NCBI GenBank assembly: GCA_903910215.1 | Contig: CAIVYV010000072.1 | Location: 1 to 50,647 of the forward strand | Direction of reading: 5' to 3' | Source of the DNA: an uncultured Pseudomonadota bacterium | GTDB taxonomy: Bacteria; Pseudomonadota; Gammaproteobacteria; Steroidobacterales; Steroidobacteraceae | Length of the DNA: 50,647 nt | Part shown: positions 25,625 to 35,949 of the stretch, in pieces | Layout: the number at the start of each line of letters is the position of its first letter | How positions within the stretch are numbered: position 1 is the first letter of the stretch | Made by a program: the position numbers and the translations under genes | The notes under the pieces: generated by a model | What the model saw: only the letters and a program-made list of their open reading frames with translations | Told to the model about the DNA's origin: nothing | The model's database searches: none

Positions 25625-27403
25625 ATGAGGCGATTACTGCTTGGCTTAGTGTTTGCCGCACTCACGGCTTGCGGTGGCGGCGGCTCCGGTTCCGGAACCA
25701 GTTTCTCGTTAGGCGGCAGCGGCGCCGCGCCGAGCAATCCCCCGGTCTCGACGAGCGATGCATTTCGTTTTCTCAATCAGGCGACTTTCGGTGCGACCGA
25801 AGATACGTCTCGAGCCTTGATCGCACTCGGCGACTCGTCGAATGCCTACGCGCGTTGGATCGATGCGCAGATCACCAAGCCAACCTCTTTGTTGTTGCCG
25901 GCCGTCGAAGCAGCCTACCCGAATCCTGTGCCCATGGGATTCAATGTCAGTAGTTTGAATGCGATCCGCCTCGAAACCTGGTTCGCGAATGCAGTGCGCG
26001 GTGAAGATCAGTTGCGCCAACGCGTGGCCTTCGCTCTGTCCGAAATTTTCGTCGTATCGCAAATTGGTGCACTGCAAAATCTGCCGAACGCGACGGCTGA
26101 CTTCCACGACATGCTCGCGCGAAACGCCTTCGGCAATTACCGCGACTTGCTGGAGCAGGTGACCCTGCATCCGGCGATGGGTATCTATCTTTCGATGCTC
26201 GGTAATCAGCGTGCTGTTTCTGGTACGAATCTTCGTCCAGATGAAAATTACGCACGCGAAATGATGCAGCTCTTCAGCATCGGTCTAGTTGAGCTCAATC
26301 TCGATGGCACGATCAAGCGCGACGCGACTGGGCAGCCGATCCCGACCTACAACCAAGACATCATCGAAGGTTTTGCGCGCGTATTTACCGGTTGGAAATG
26401 GGCTTGTCCGACGACGACTCCGACCTGCACCTTTGCAAACACACGACCACAGGCGGCTCCCGTTACCGGATATAACCAAATCAAGCCGATGCAGTTGTTC
26501 GAGGCGCAGCACGAGTCTGGTGAGAAGCGCCTGTTGAGTTACAGTGGCGTCGCATTGAGCGGCGGTCTCATTCCAGCCAATCAAGGCGGCGAACGCGATC
26601 TGCGCTCGGCACTCGACAACGTTTTCAATCACCCGAATGTCGCGCCTTTTATTTCGAAACAGCTCATCCAAAAATTGGTGACGAGTAATCCCTCATCGGC
26701 ATATGTGCAGCGCGTCGCCGAAAAGTTCAATAATGATGGGTCGGGGCGTCGCGGCAATCTCGAAGCGGTGGTGCGAGCGATTTTGCTCGACGCGGAAGCC
26801 CGAACGACGCCAAGCGGCAATGCAGCTGCGACTGCTGGCAAGCTCAAAGAGCCGCTGCTGAGACTGACTCAACTGTGGCGAGCATACGATGCGCGCTCCG
26901 GCGGCGAAAAATTGGGCGCGGCTCGCAACTTCTCAGGTGGCTCGAGTGGCACCTTTGGGCAGGCTCAGGGTTCTTCCCCATCTGTATTCAATTTTTTCAG
27001 CCCGTTTTATGCGCCGCCTGGAGAGATCGCCGATGCCGGACTAGTTGCGCCCGAGATGCAACTAGCGACGGAGTATCTCAACACCCAGACGACGAATTTC
27101 TTTTGGACGCAAGTCACGACGCGCACTCATCTGAATACGGCACGCTTGAATGTCGATGATGTCTATATCGATATTTCGAACGACTTGCCGCTGGCAAGCA
27201 ATCCGGATGGCCTGATCGATCGTATTGCTACGCGCTTGCTTGGTGATCCCGGCTTGTTATCGGCGGAACTGCGAGCAGCAATCAAAACACAAGTGGAACG
27301 TACGACCATCCCTGCGACCAATCCGACCACCGCGCAAGCCACCCGAGTCGGCGATGCGCTCTATCTCATTCTTACTTCATCCAGCTACGCGTTACAGCGT
27401 TGA
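25625..27403 (+). CDS. DUF1800 family lipoprotein
   Basis: The lipobox is 'FAALTAC' followed by a Gly/Ser linker. 'FRFLNQATFG' and 'LHPAMGIYLSMLGN' are typical of DUF1800. It is paired with a DUF1501 gene. Confidence 0.8.
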   Translation: MRRLLLGLVFAALTACGGGGSGSGTSFSLGGSGAAPSNPPVSTSDAFRFLNQATFGATEDTSRALIALGDSSNAYARWIDAQITKPTSLLLPAVEAAYPNPVPMGFNVSSLNAIRLETWFANAVRGEDQLRQRVAFALSEIFVVSQIGALQNLPNATADFHDMLARNAFGNYRDLLEQVTLHPAMGIYLSMLGNQRAVSGTNLRPDENYAREMMQLFSIGLVELNLDGTIKRDATGQPIPTYNQDIIEGFARVFTGWKWACPTTTPTCTFANTRPQAAPVTGYNQIKPMQLFEAQHESGEKRLLSYSGVALSGGLIPANQGGERDLRSALDNVFNHPNVAPFISKQLIQKLVTSNPSSAYVQRVAEKFNNDGSGRRGNLEAVVRAILLDAEARTTPSGNAAATAGKLKEPLLRLTQLWRAYDARSGGEKLGAARNFSGGSSGTFGQAQGSSPSVFNFFSPFYAPPGEIADAGLVAPEMQLATEYLNTQTTNFFWTQVTTRTHLNTARLNVDDVYIDISNDLPLASNPDGLIDRIATRLLGDPGLLSAELRAAIKTQVERTTIPATNPTTAQATRVGDALYLILTSSSYALQR

Positions 27404-27420
27404 CGTTCAGGACGATACCC

Positions 27421-28827
27421 ATGAATCGGCAACGACGACGATTTCTGAAAGCGGCCACTGCTGGCGGCGTCGCATACGCCTTCGGCCGCACGGTTGGCAC
27501 ACTCGATGCCCAGATGACGGGCGTCGGGGGTTTCGGCGACTACAAGGCTTTGGTCTGTCTCTTTCTCTTCGGCGGCAACGATTCCTGGAACATGTTCGTG
27601 CCGACGAGCACCGCTGAATACAACGCCTATTCGCGCTCGCGCGGGGGTGGCACGGCCTCGAGCCTTGCAGTCGATCGCGCCGCGTTGTTGCCGGTCATGT
27701 ACGACGGGCAAACGAGCGGAGATCCAACCTACGGATTTCATCCATCGATGACCGGCGCGCGCGAGTTATTTCAGTCGGGTCGCTTGGCGGTCATGGCCAA
27801 CATGGGGCCGCTGCTGCGTCCGACGACGAAAGCGCACTATCAGTCTGCAGCGACGAGTGGCCATGCTCTGCCGCCGCAATTGTTTTCGCACAACGATCAG
27901 CAGGATCAGTGGCACAGCTTGCGTGGCAGGACGATCTCGAAATCCGGATGGGCGGGTCGGGTCGCCGATGTCTTGAATGCGCAGGTAGCGAGTCAACAGC
28001 TTTCGCTGAATGTATCGTTGGCAGGTCAGACCTACTTCCAAGCTGGTGAAATTGCGCGTCCCTACGTGATGGGCGCCGCGGGTGCGACCAACTTTACCGG
28101 TTTCGCCACCTCTGGAGTGGGCCTAGGTCGTCGTGGTGCCGTTGAAGCCAGTTTGACGGCAGCGCTCGCGAGTAAGAGCAACACCGTTTACGAACGCAGC
28201 TACGCGACTATTCAGCAGCGCGCGGTGCAGTTCGCCGATCGCGTCAATGGATCGCTGGCCACCGCGCGCGATTTTTCCGCGCTGCCCAACACGGGCATGA
28301 CGCTCTCCGGTTTGCAGACGCAACTACGAACCGTGGCCAAGTTGATATCTGTACGTACGAGTCTGTCATTGTCGCGACAGATTTTCTTCGTCTCTTTGGG
28401 CGGCTTCGATCAGCACGATGATCTGATGGCCGATCAGCCAGGCTTGCTCGCCACCGTCAGTAACGGCATCAAAAGTTTCTACGACGCACTGACCGAGATG
28501 GGCATGGAGAACTCGGTCACGCTATTCACTCAGTCGGACTTTGGTCGTACGCTGACCTCGAACGGCGACGGTTCAGACCACGCCTGGGGTGGCATTCAGT
28601 TGGTCGCCGGTGGCGCCGTTCGTGGCGGGCGAATCTATGGCCAATATCCACTGCTAGAAATCGGCAGCTCACTGGATGTCGGTGGCGGCCGCTTCATTCC
28701 GACGACCTCAGCCGATCAATATGCTGCCACTTTGGCTTCGTGGTTCGGTGTGGGGGCAAGTGACTTGCCCAAGGTCGCGCCGAACATCGGCGCATTTGCG
28801 ACGCGAGATCTCGGCTTCCTCGGTTGA
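27421..28827 (+). CDS. DUF1501 family protein (sulfatase/alkaline-phosphatase-like), Tat signal
   Basis: The Tat signal is 'MNRQRRRFLKAATAGGVAYAFG'. 'LFLFGGNDSWNM', 'GGFDQHDD' and 'GSDHAWGG' are present. Confidence 0.85.
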   Translation: MNRQRRRFLKAATAGGVAYAFGRTVGTLDAQMTGVGGFGDYKALVCLFLFGGNDSWNMFVPTSTAEYNAYSRSRGGGTASSLAVDRAALLPVMYDGQTSGDPTYGFHPSMTGARELFQSGRLAVMANMGPLLRPTTKAHYQSAATSGHALPPQLFSHNDQQDQWHSLRGRTISKSGWAGRVADVLNAQVASQQLSLNVSLAGQTYFQAGEIARPYVMGAAGATNFTGFATSGVGLGRRGAVEASLTAALASKSNTVYERSYATIQQRAVQFADRVNGSLATARDFSALPNTGMTLSGLQTQLRTVAKLISVRTSLSLSRQIFFVSLGGFDQHDDLMADQPGLLATVSNGIKSFYDALTEMGMENSVTLFTQSDFGRTLTSNGDGSDHAWGGIQLVAGGAVRGGRIYGQYPLLEIGSSLDVGGGRFIPTTSADQYAATLASWFGVGASDLPKVAPNIGAFATRDLGFLG

Positions 28828-28857
28828 CCGCAAGTGGGTTAATCGCAATTGAACTGT

Positions 28858-29388
28858 TCAGGCGCGAGGTTTGCCGCGCGCAACTTGACGCAGGAATTGT
28901 TCGAGTTTGCTGTTTGTATCACCGCTCGTGCTGACGGGTAATGGCCCGCTGATCACGCCGCAGTGGTGGCGAGCACGACCTGCATCGATCCAGAGTTCGT
29001 CAGCCACAGCGATGATCGTGCCGTATCGTCGATCGATGACTTCATAACGATCCATGGAGACCTCGAACCAGAAGTTCGAATGATGGATAACGCGGGACGT
29101 CTTCAATTGCAGCAGTTCGCGTGGCGTTGGCGTTTCTCTGCGCAACTCAGGAGTTGCGTAAGCTTGGCAGAGAGGCTCGAGATGGGCTGCGCCCGCAGCG
29201 CTCCATAGCGAATAGAACAGCGGCACACTAAGCGGAATAGCGGCGAGCCACAGCGCGTTTCGAATCCAGCGCCTTTTTCTGCCCGGGCCTTCGAGCTTGA
29301 CTACATCGGCCAAAAGCAGGAACGCCAGTGACGCTGGCATCGCGGCAATCAGCAAAACGATCGCTGCGAGAGCCAAATCGTCGCTCAC
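28858..29388 (-). CDS. Hypothetical membrane-anchored protein
   Basis: The GTG start lies 7 nt downstream of the hslU stop. Two N-terminal TM segments are present ('LALAAIVLLIAAMPASLAFLLLA' and 'ALWLAAIPLSVPLFYSLW'). I recognise no family. Confidence 0.45.
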   Translation of the reverse strand: MSDDLALAAIVLLIAAMPASLAFLLLADVVKLEGPGRKRRWIRNALWLAAIPLSVPLFYSLWSAAGAAHLEPLCQAYATPELRRETPTPRELLQLKTSRVIHHSNFWFEVSMDRYEVIDRRYGTIIAVADELWIDAGRARHHCGVISGPLPVSTSGDTNSKLEQFLRQVARGKPRA

Positions 29389-29395
29389 GCGAAAC

Positions 29396-30745
29396 TCAAA
29401 GAATGAACCTGCTTAGATCCTCATCTTGCGACAAGGCTTCGAGATGGGCGTCGACATAGGCGGCATCAATGTCGATTTTCTCACCGGAACGATCAGCGGC
29501 TTCGTACGACAGCGTTTCGAGTAGTCGCTCCATCACGGTGTGCAAGCGGCGAGCACCGATGTTTTCGGTGCGTTCATTGACGTGAAAGGCGATTTCGGCC
29601 AAACGCCTAACACCACTTGCGACGAAGTTGACATGCACGCCTTCGGTTTCGAGTAGCGCGGCATACTGCGTCGTGAGCGAGGCGTTGGGTTCCGTCAGGA
29701 TGCGCACGAAATCCTCTACGCCGAGCGATGTGAGTTCAACCCGTATCGGAAAACGCCCTTGCAGCTCCGGAATGAGATCGGAAGGCTTGGCGACGTGAAA
29801 GGCGCCCGATGCGATGAACAAAACATGATCGGTTTTGATCGGACCATACTTCGTATTCACGGTGCAGCCTTCGACGAGCGGTAGCAGATCTCGTTGCACG
29901 CCTTCGCGTGAGACATCGGCGCCATAGCTGTCTTGTCGTCGGCATACCTTATCGATCTCGTCGATGAACACGATGCCATTCTGCTCCGCGTTCCGAACGG
30001 CGTTGGCGCGCAGCTCTTCCTCATTGAGAAGTTTGGATGCTTCTTCTTCGAGTAGCAGTTTTTGCGCTTCTCGAATTTTCAGTTTCCGAGAGCGGCCTTT
30101 ACCAGCGCCGAGATTCTGGAACATGGATTGGAGCTGTTGTTGCATCTCTTCCATGCCGGGCGGCGCGAGGATTTCCATCCCGAGCACCGGATTGCGCAAC
30201 TCGATTTCGATCTCGCGATCATCGAGCTGGCCTTCACGCAGCATCTTGCGAAATTTCTGGCGGGTCTCAGCATCACGCGGAGCGACGGGTTCGTCCGTAG
30301 AGAATCCCATCAAGCGAGGTTTAGGAAGCAGTGCATCCAGAATGCGCTCCTCCGCAGCGTCCGCAGCACCATCACGGGCGCGCGCGAGTGCTTCCTCGCG
30401 CTCTAGCTTGACGGCAAGCTCGACGAGATCCTTGATGATCGAGTCGACATCTCGTCCGACATAGCCGACCTCGGTGAACTTGGTCGCCTCGACCTTCACG
30501 AATGGCGCTTTGGCCAAGCGTGCCAGGCGACGCGCAATTTCGGTCTTGCCGCAGCCCGTAGGGCCAATCATCAGGATATTTTTTGGTGTGATCTCGGGGC
30601 GCAGATCTTCGCGAACCTGCATGCGTCGCCAACGGTTTCGTAGCGCAATGGCCACCGATTTTTTGGCCGCATCTTGACCGACGATATGCCGATCGAGCTC
30701 GGCGACGATCGCCTTGGGGGTCAATTCAGCAGGCAGCACACTCAT
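29396..30745 (-). CDS. hslU: ATP-dependent protease ATPase subunit HslU
   Basis: '[33 protein letters not shown]', the Walker A motif '[15 protein letters not shown]' and 'IVFIDEIDK' are present. The length is 449 aa. Confidence 0.97.
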   Translation of the reverse strand: MSVLPAELTPKAIVAELDRHIVGQDAAKKSVAIALRNRWRRMQVREDLRPEITPKNILMIGPTGCGKTEIARRLARLAKAPFVKVEATKFTEVGYVGRDVDSIIKDLVELAVKLEREEALARARDGAADAAEERILDALLPKPRLMGFSTDEPVAPRDAETRQKFRKMLREGQLDDREIEIELRNPVLGMEILAPPGMEEMQQQLQSMFQNLGAGKGRSRKLKIREAQKLLLEEEASKLLNEEELRANAVRNAEQNGIVFIDEIDKVCRRQDSYGADVSREGVQRDLLPLVEGCTVNTKYGPIKTDHVLFIASGAFHVAKPSDLIPELQGRFPIRVELTSLGVEDFVRILTEPNASLTTQYAALLETEGVHVNFVASGVRRLAEIAFHVNERTENIGARRLHTVMERLLETLSYEAADRSGEKIDIDAAYVDAHLEALSQDEDLSRFIL

Positions 30746-31296
30746 GATCCGAGCTCCTCGATTGCGAGGTTGCGATTCGTATAGATGCAGATGTCGGCTG
30801 CAATGTTGAGTGAACGCGAAACGATGTCGCGAGCGCTAAGGTCGGTATTGTTGATCAGGGCTTGTGCGGCAGCCTGTGCAAAGGCGCCACCCGAACCAAT
30901 CGCGACGAGATCGTGCTCAGGCTCGATGACATCGCCATTACCCGAGATGACGAGTAGCTTCTGCGGATCACCGACTAACAGTAGCGCTTCGAGTCGGCGC
31001 AGGGCGCGATCAGAGCGCCAATCTTTGGCAAGTTCGATGGCGGCTCGCGTCAGGTTGCCGAATTTATCGAGCTTGCCCTCGAAGCGTTCGAACAAGGTAA
31101 AGGCGTCAGCCGTGCCGCCGGCGAAGCCGCCGATGACCTTGCCGTTGCCGAGCAGTCTGACTTTGCGGGCGTTGCCCTTCATGACGGTATTGCCGAGCGT
31201 AACCTGTCCGTCGCCGCCGATGGCGACGATACCGTCGCGACGGACACCGAGGATGGTGGTGCCGTGCGGATTGAAACCTTCAGCCATGGAGCTCAC
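30742..31296 (-). CDS. hslV: ATP-dependent protease subunit HslV
   Basis: '[36 protein letters not shown]' is typical of HslV. The stop has an ATGA overlap with hslU. The start is either the GTG at 31296 or the ATG at 31287. Confidence 0.95.
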   Translation of the reverse strand: MSSMAEGFNPHGTTILGVRRDGIVAIGGDGQVTLGNTVMKGNARKVRLLGNGKVIGGFAGGTADAFTLFERFEGKLDKFGNLTRAAIELAKDWRSDRALRRLEALLLVGDPQKLLVISGNGDVIEPEHDLVAIGSGGAFAQAAAQALINNTDLSARDIVSRSLNIAADICIYTNRNLAIEELGS

Positions 31297-32192
31297 TTCT
31301 TTCGCGCCCGAGGGTGGGCTTGATCATAGATGCGGGCGAGGTGCTGAAAATCAAGGTGAGTGTAGACCTGCGTTGTTGCGATATCGGCGTGGCCGAGCAA
31401 CTCCTGGACGCCACGCAAGTCCTGGCTCGACTCGAGCAGGTGCGAGGCGAAGGAATGTCGGAACAGGTGCGGATGGACATGTACCGGTAGTCCCTGGCGT
31501 CTTGCCCAAGCGGCGACTCGCTTCTGGATGGTTCTGGCGCCGAGACGGCCGCCATTGCGGCCAACGAAGATGGCTTTCTCATCCGCTGGAGCCATGGAGG
31601 TGCGCTCCGTGAGCCATGCTTGTAATGCGTCGCAGGCTTTTCGGCCGACGGGCAGTATCCGCACCTTGTTGCCTTTGCCGGTGACTCGCACGGTGCGATC
31701 AGCTAGGTCGAGGTCATGCAGATCGAGCCCCAACAATTCCGCGAGGCGTAGACCCGATGAATAAAAGAGCTCCATGACGGCGCGATCTCGTTTGGCGAGA
31801 GCGTCGTCGCCGACGATCTCCAGCAGACGAGTCATTTGATCGGCATCCACGGTTCGCGGTAGTGGGCGACGGGCTTTGGGGGCACGGACGTCACCGGCCG
31901 GACTATGTGTTATCACGCGCTCCCGCTGCAGATAGCGAAGAAAACTCCTCGTCGCCGACAGACGACGTTGAATACTGCGTGGAGCGAGGCCGGCGGCATG
32001 CGAGCGAGCGGCAAACGAGCGGATATGTTGCTCATCCAGTGATGCCCAGTTGTCTATTTTTTGCTGATCACACCATTGCGCGAGGGACTCGATCTCACGT
32101 CGATAGTTTAGGGTGGTGTGCGGCGACACCCTCCGTTCACGCGATAGATGCGTGACGAATTTTTCGACCCACTCCAGTGCCGTCGGGTTCAC
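31293..32192 (-). CDS. xerC: Tyrosine recombinase XerC
   Basis: '[16 protein letters not shown]', '[40 protein letters not shown]' and the catalytic RHRY context are present. It lies in the conserved dapF-DUF484-xerC context. Confidence 0.9.
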   Translation of the reverse strand: MNPTALEWVEKFVTHLSRERRVSPHTTLNYRREIESLAQWCDQQKIDNWASLDEQHIRSFAARSHAAGLAPRSIQRRLSATRSFLRYLQRERVITHSPAGDVRAPKARRPLPRTVDADQMTRLLEIVGDDALAKRDRAVMELFYSSGLRLAELLGLDLHDLDLADRTVRVTGKGNKVRILPVGRKACDALQAWLTERTSMAPADEKAIFVGRNGGRLGARTIQKRVAAWARRQGLPVHVHPHLFRHSFASHLLESSQDLRGVQELLGHADIATTQVYTHLDFQHLARIYDQAHPRARKK

Positions 32193-32809
32193 GCCGCCTG
32201 TATACGACAGCGCAACAGGGCAGCGCCGAGCAGTTCGCCCATTCGGGCGAGGAAATCGGTACTCATTGCGGGCGTGAAGCGTTCGGCATCGATGCTGCCG
32301 AGCGCCAACGCGCCGAGGCTGGCGGCAGGCCCAACCGGAACGAGCGCCATTGAGGCGATGGATTCGGCTTCGTCACCGAAGACGATCCGTCGCTGCTCGA
32401 GTACAAAGTGACCACAGCGCGTACGAGCAGCCGGCAATAAGGTCTCGACGTCTGGACGTGTCTCTGGATCGACCAGCAGCCGTACCGAGACGATATCGAA
32501 ATCGGTCCGCAACGAAGCATGTACGCGCGCGATGAGATCGGCTTCGTCATGCGCTTGCATCAAAGTCAGCGTGAAGTGATGCATACGTTCTGCGATGGCA
32601 TCGTTTTCACGACCGACGCGAACCCACTCAGCGAGTTTTTCGCGATTAGCGGCCTGACGCTCACGCAAGACTTTGATTTGGCGTTCCATCAAAGAAACTG
32701 CACCTTCACCAGCTTCGTGATGTAGCACGAGGTGATCGAGTGCCTCCGGGTGCTTTTGCAGAAAGTCCGGATGCTGCTTCAAAAATTCGATAACTTGCTC
32801 ATCCTGCAT
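32189..32809 (-). CDS. DUF484 family protein (YigA-like)
   Basis: The N-terminus is 'VIEFLKQHPDFLQKHPEAL'. It occupies the position between dapF and xerC. Confidence 0.8.
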   Translation of the reverse strand: MQDEQVIEFLKQHPDFLQKHPEALDHLVLHHEAGEGAVSLMERQIKVLRERQAANREKLAEWVRVGRENDAIAERMHHFTLTLMQAHDEADLIARVHASLRTDFDIVSVRLLVDPETRPDVETLLPAARTRCGHFVLEQRRIVFGDEAESIASMALVPVGPAASLGALALGSIDAERFTPAMSTDFLARMGELLGAALLRCRIQAA

Positions 32810-32812
32810 CGA

Positions 32813-33607
32813 TCAATCCTCGATTGAACCTTCGAACGCGACCACGGCGGGTCCCGTCATCCATAAATGTGATCCAGGGCCTTCCCAGCGCAGTGACAAG
32901 CGGCCGCCCGGCAGATCGATTGCGACGGTGGCTGCGAAGCGCCCATCACGTCGACCAACGGCCATCGCAGCACAGGCACCGGTGCCACAGGCGAGTGTCT
33001 CGCCAACACCGCGCTCGAATACGCGTAAGCGCGCATGCTCACGATCGACGAACTGTAGAAATCCGACGTTGGTTTTTTGCGGAAACATCGGATGTGATTC
33101 GAGTATCGGGCCGAGCTCTGCGATCGGTGCCGAATGGATGTCGGGAACCCAGATGACGATGTGTGGATTCCCCATCGACACGCGGGTGAAACGAATCGTC
33201 ATCGCATCGATGGAGAGTCCGATTTCGTCATCGTCGAAAAAGCGCGGCTCGCCCATGTCGACCGAGACCAGCCCATTGCTGTCGAAGCGCGCTTCGATGA
33301 TGCCACCGCGGCTCTCAAGGCGGATCGGTCCGCTGAGCTTGCGTTGTCGTCGCAACCATTCGGCAACACAGCGCGCACCGTTGCCGCATTGTTCGACCTC
33401 GCCGCCATCGGTGTTGAAGATGCGGTAGTAGGCGAGTGTGTCGGCGCTACGAGCGGGTTGGATCACGAGCGCCTGATCAAAACCGATTCCAGTCTTTCGA
33501 TTCGACCACTCGCGCCAGCGTTCGGCGGAAGGCAGGCTGGCATCGGCGGCGGTCTCGAATACGACGAAGTCGTTGCCGAGACCATGCATCTTGGTAAAGC
33601 GGATCAT
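32813..33607 (-). CDS. dapF: Diaminopimelate epimerase
   Basis: 'FTKMHGLGNDFVVF', 'FNTDGGEVEQCGNGARC' and 'ERGVGETLACGTGACA' are present; the last two carry the catalytic Cys residues. Confidence 0.95.
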   Translation of the reverse strand: MIRFTKMHGLGNDFVVFETAADASLPSAERWREWSNRKTGIGFDQALVIQPARSADTLAYYRIFNTDGGEVEQCGNGARCVAEWLRRQRKLSGPIRLESRGGIIEARFDSNGLVSVDMGEPRFFDDDEIGLSIDAMTIRFTRVSMGNPHIVIWVPDIHSAPIAELGPILESHPMFPQKTNVGFLQFVDREHARLRVFERGVGETLACGTGACAAMAVGRRDGRFAATVAIDLPGGRLSLRWEGPGSHLWMTGPAVVAFEGSIED

Positions 33608-33617
33608 ATGGCGTAGA

Positions 33618-34484
33618 TCATCGTGCGAAGAGCTCGGCCTTCAAACGATGGATCGCGGAGATATCTTCATCGCCGTAACCGCGCGCGATCAGTTCTGCAT
33701 ACTCGCGCAGCACATCTTCGACCACTGGCAGAGCGACGCCGCTGGCAGCGGCCATGTCGCGACAGATACGCAAATCTTTTTCGTGCAGTTTGATGCGAAA
33801 TCCAGCCGGGTATTCGCCACGGATCATATTGGGCGCGCGGTTCACGAAGTACCACGAAGATCCTGCGCCTTGCCCGAGTGTTTCGACTACGCGCTCGAGC
33901 GGTAAGCCTTGTTGATGAGCGAACGCCATCGCCTCGCCAACGGCGCGAATGATGCCCGCGCACATGATCTGGTTGGTGGCCTTCGTTGCTTGGCCTGCAC
34001 CGTGCGGTCCAAAGTGACGAACCGTTCGACCCATCTTCTCGAGTATCGGCCGCGCGTTTTCGAAATCGGCGGCGTCACCGCCGCACATGATGGCGAGCGT
34101 GCCGTTCTTGGCACCTTCGACACCGCCGCTTACCGGACAATCGAGAAAGCGGGCGCCGCGTAGTGCGATCTTCTGGGCGGCTTCTCGTGCTGTAGCCGCG
34201 CTTACCGTTGAGCAGTCGATGACGAGTGTCCCCGGCTTGAGGCCTGATTCGAGGGAAGCCAGCACATCGAGTACGTCACGATCTGCGGACACGCACAGGA
34301 CCAACACATCGCAATGGGCTGCGAGTTCCGCCGGATCGCTTGGCGCAATGCATCCCAACTCGGCTGCCAAGGCTTGAGCCTTGTCGTGGCTGCGATTCCA
34401 TATGCCCTGCAGCAGACCCGCCTTGGCGAGATTACGCGCCATTGGCGCACCCATGGCACCGAGGCCGAGAAAACCGGTTTTCAT
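33618..34484 (-). CDS. NAD(P)-dependent beta-hydroxyacid dehydrogenase (3-hydroxyisobutyrate / 2-hydroxy-3-oxopropionate reductase family)
   Basis: The ATG at 34484 gives 'MKTGFLGLGAMGAPMARNL'. 'DCPVSGGVEGAKNGTLAIMCGG' and 'GAGQATKATNQI' are also present. Confidence 0.85.
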   Translation of the reverse strand: MKTGFLGLGAMGAPMARNLAKAGLLQGIWNRSHDKAQALAAELGCIAPSDPAELAAHCDVLVLCVSADRDVLDVLASLESGLKPGTLVIDCSTVSAATAREAAQKIALRGARFLDCPVSGGVEGAKNGTLAIMCGGDAADFENARPILEKMGRTVRHFGPHGAGQATKATNQIMCAGIIRAVGEAMAFAHQQGLPLERVVETLGQGAGSSWYFVNRAPNMIRGEYPAGFRIKLHEKDLRICRDMAAASGVALPVVEDVLREYAELIARGYGDEDISAIHRLKAELFAR

Positions 34485-34510
34485 AAGGTGTGATCTTATC
34501 AGCCGTACGC

Positions 34511-34546
34511 AAAAAAACGGGGCGGTGATCTCTCGACCACCGCCCC
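34511..34546 (-). terminator. Rho-independent terminator after amtB
   Basis: The stem GGGGCGGTG...CACCGCCCC (34519-34546) is followed on the minus strand by GTTTTTTTG. Confidence 0.75.
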
Positions 34547-34580
34547 TAGGCTTTACAGGGGACAACTGTAAATCGAAAAC

Positions 34581-35921
34581 TCAGTTCGTGTAGGCGCGCT
34601 CGCCGTGGCTCGTTGTATCGAGACCTTCGCGCTCGTCTTCTTCTTTTACGCGCAACCCGATCGTCAGATCGATCAGCTTGAAGAGGACGAAGCTGACCGT
34701 GCCGGACCAGCCGATGGCCACGAGAACACCGAGCGTTTGAGTGGTGACTTGGCTACCCATGTCGTAGCCGTCGACACCGACGCCGCCCAAAGCAGGTGAA
34801 ACGAAGATGCCGGTACCGATGGCACCAACGATGCCACCAACGCCGTGGATGCCGAACACGTCCAGTGATTCATCGTAGCCAAGCGCCTTCTTCAAGCTCG
34901 TGACAGCGAAGAAGCAGGCGATGCCGCCGATCGCGCCCAAGATGATCGAGCCCATTGGGCCGATCAGGCCAGCGGCTGGCGTGACGGCCACAAGACCCGC
35001 GATGGCACCCGAGGCAATACCCAACATCGAAGGCTTTTTGGTGACCAGAGTTTCGACGAGCATCCAAGCCAGTGCGGCAGCGGCCGTCGCGAGTATGGTG
35101 TTGAGCAGAGCGAGCACTGCGATACCGGTTGCCTCGAGGTTCGAGCCCGCATTGAAGCCGAACCAACCGACCCACAGCAGTGCTGCACCGATCATGGTGA
35201 AGGGGAGATTGTGCGGAGGCATGGCGTCGCGGCCGTAGCCGATACGCTTGCCGAGTACGAGTGCGCCCACCAGCGCAGCGATACCGGAGTTGATGTGCAC
35301 AACGGTGCCGCCGGCGAAATCGAGATCACCCTTCTCGAACAGCAATCCGCCGGTTGCCCACACCATATGCGCCATCGGCAAATACGAGAGCGTGAACCAC
35401 AGCGCCGAGAACACGAGTAGTGCGCTGAACTTGATGCGTTCTGCAAGGCCGCCCACGATGAGTGCCGTGGTAATGGCTGCGAACGTCAACTGGAACGCCA
35501 CGAACACATACTCGGGAATGACGACCCCGTCCGAGAACGTGGCAGCCGTGCTATCCGGTGTGATTCCCGCTAGGAATAGTTTGGCGGTATCGCCGATCAT
35601 CCAGTTCCACGAGCCGCCATCGCCGAACGCAAGGCTGTATCCGTAGAACACCCAGAGCAAAGAGATCAAACAAAAAATTGTGAAAACTTGCGTTAGAACC
35701 GAGAGGATATTTTTTGATCGGACAAGTCCGCCATAGAACAAGGCGAGGCCCGGCACGATCATCAGGATGACGAGCACAGTCGACAACATCATGAACGTGG
35801 TGTCGCCCTTGTCGGGTACCGGTGCATCCTGTGCAAGAGCCAACAGCGGAGCCGCTGCGGCCACTACGGCGAAAAAGCCGCCGAGCCATCCTTTTTTACT
35901 CAGCCCTTGTCTATTCAGCAT
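34581..35921 (-). CDS. amtB: Ammonium transporter
   Basis: The signal-like N-terminus begins at the ATG at 35921. 'DFAGGTVVHINSGIAALV', 'GWFGFNAGS' and 'DVFGIHGVGGIVG' are present. It lies downstream of glnK. Confidence 0.92.
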   Translation of the reverse strand: MLNRQGLSKKGWLGGFFAVVAAAAPLLALAQDAPVPDKGDTTFMMLSTVLVILMIVPGLALFYGGLVRSKNILSVLTQVFTIFCLISLLWVFYGYSLAFGDGGSWNWMIGDTAKLFLAGITPDSTAATFSDGVVIPEYVFVAFQLTFAAITTALIVGGLAERIKFSALLVFSALWFTLSYLPMAHMVWATGGLLFEKGDLDFAGGTVVHINSGIAALVGALVLGKRIGYGRDAMPPHNLPFTMIGAALLWVGWFGFNAGSNLEATGIAVLALLNTILATAAAALAWMLVETLVTKKPSMLGIASGAIAGLVAVTPAAGLIGPMGSIILGAIGGIACFFAVTSLKKALGYDESLDVFGIHGVGGIVGAIGTGIFVSPALGGVGVDGYDMGSQVTTQTLGVLVAIGWSGTVSFVLFKLIDLTIGLRVKEEDEREGLDTTSHGERAYTN

Positions 35922-35949
35922 TGTTGATACTCCCTGCTCGTCATTGACT

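Noticed and set aside
30742-31296. HslV with about 10 residues preceding the catalytic Thr ('...[10 protein letters not shown]'), which could indicate a wrong start or a pseudogene
   Set aside because: No in-frame start lies immediately before 'TT'. From memory, short N-terminal propeptide-like extensions occur in HslV of Xanthomonas-type gammaproteobacteria, so I treat this as lineage-typical rather than novel.
30785-31612. A 275-aa plus-strand ORF spanning the hslV/xerC region
   Set aside because: It is entirely antisense to two well-supported genes (hslV and xerC). Its translation is Ala/Arg/Ser/Pro-rich low-complexity sequence, typical of shadow ORFs in high-GC DNA.
31293-32192. The tyrosine recombinase as a marker of an integrative or mobile element
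   Set aside because: It sits in the conserved housekeeping context dapF-DUF484-xerC-hslVU and has XerC-type motifs. I saw no flanking direct repeats, tRNA or phage genes.
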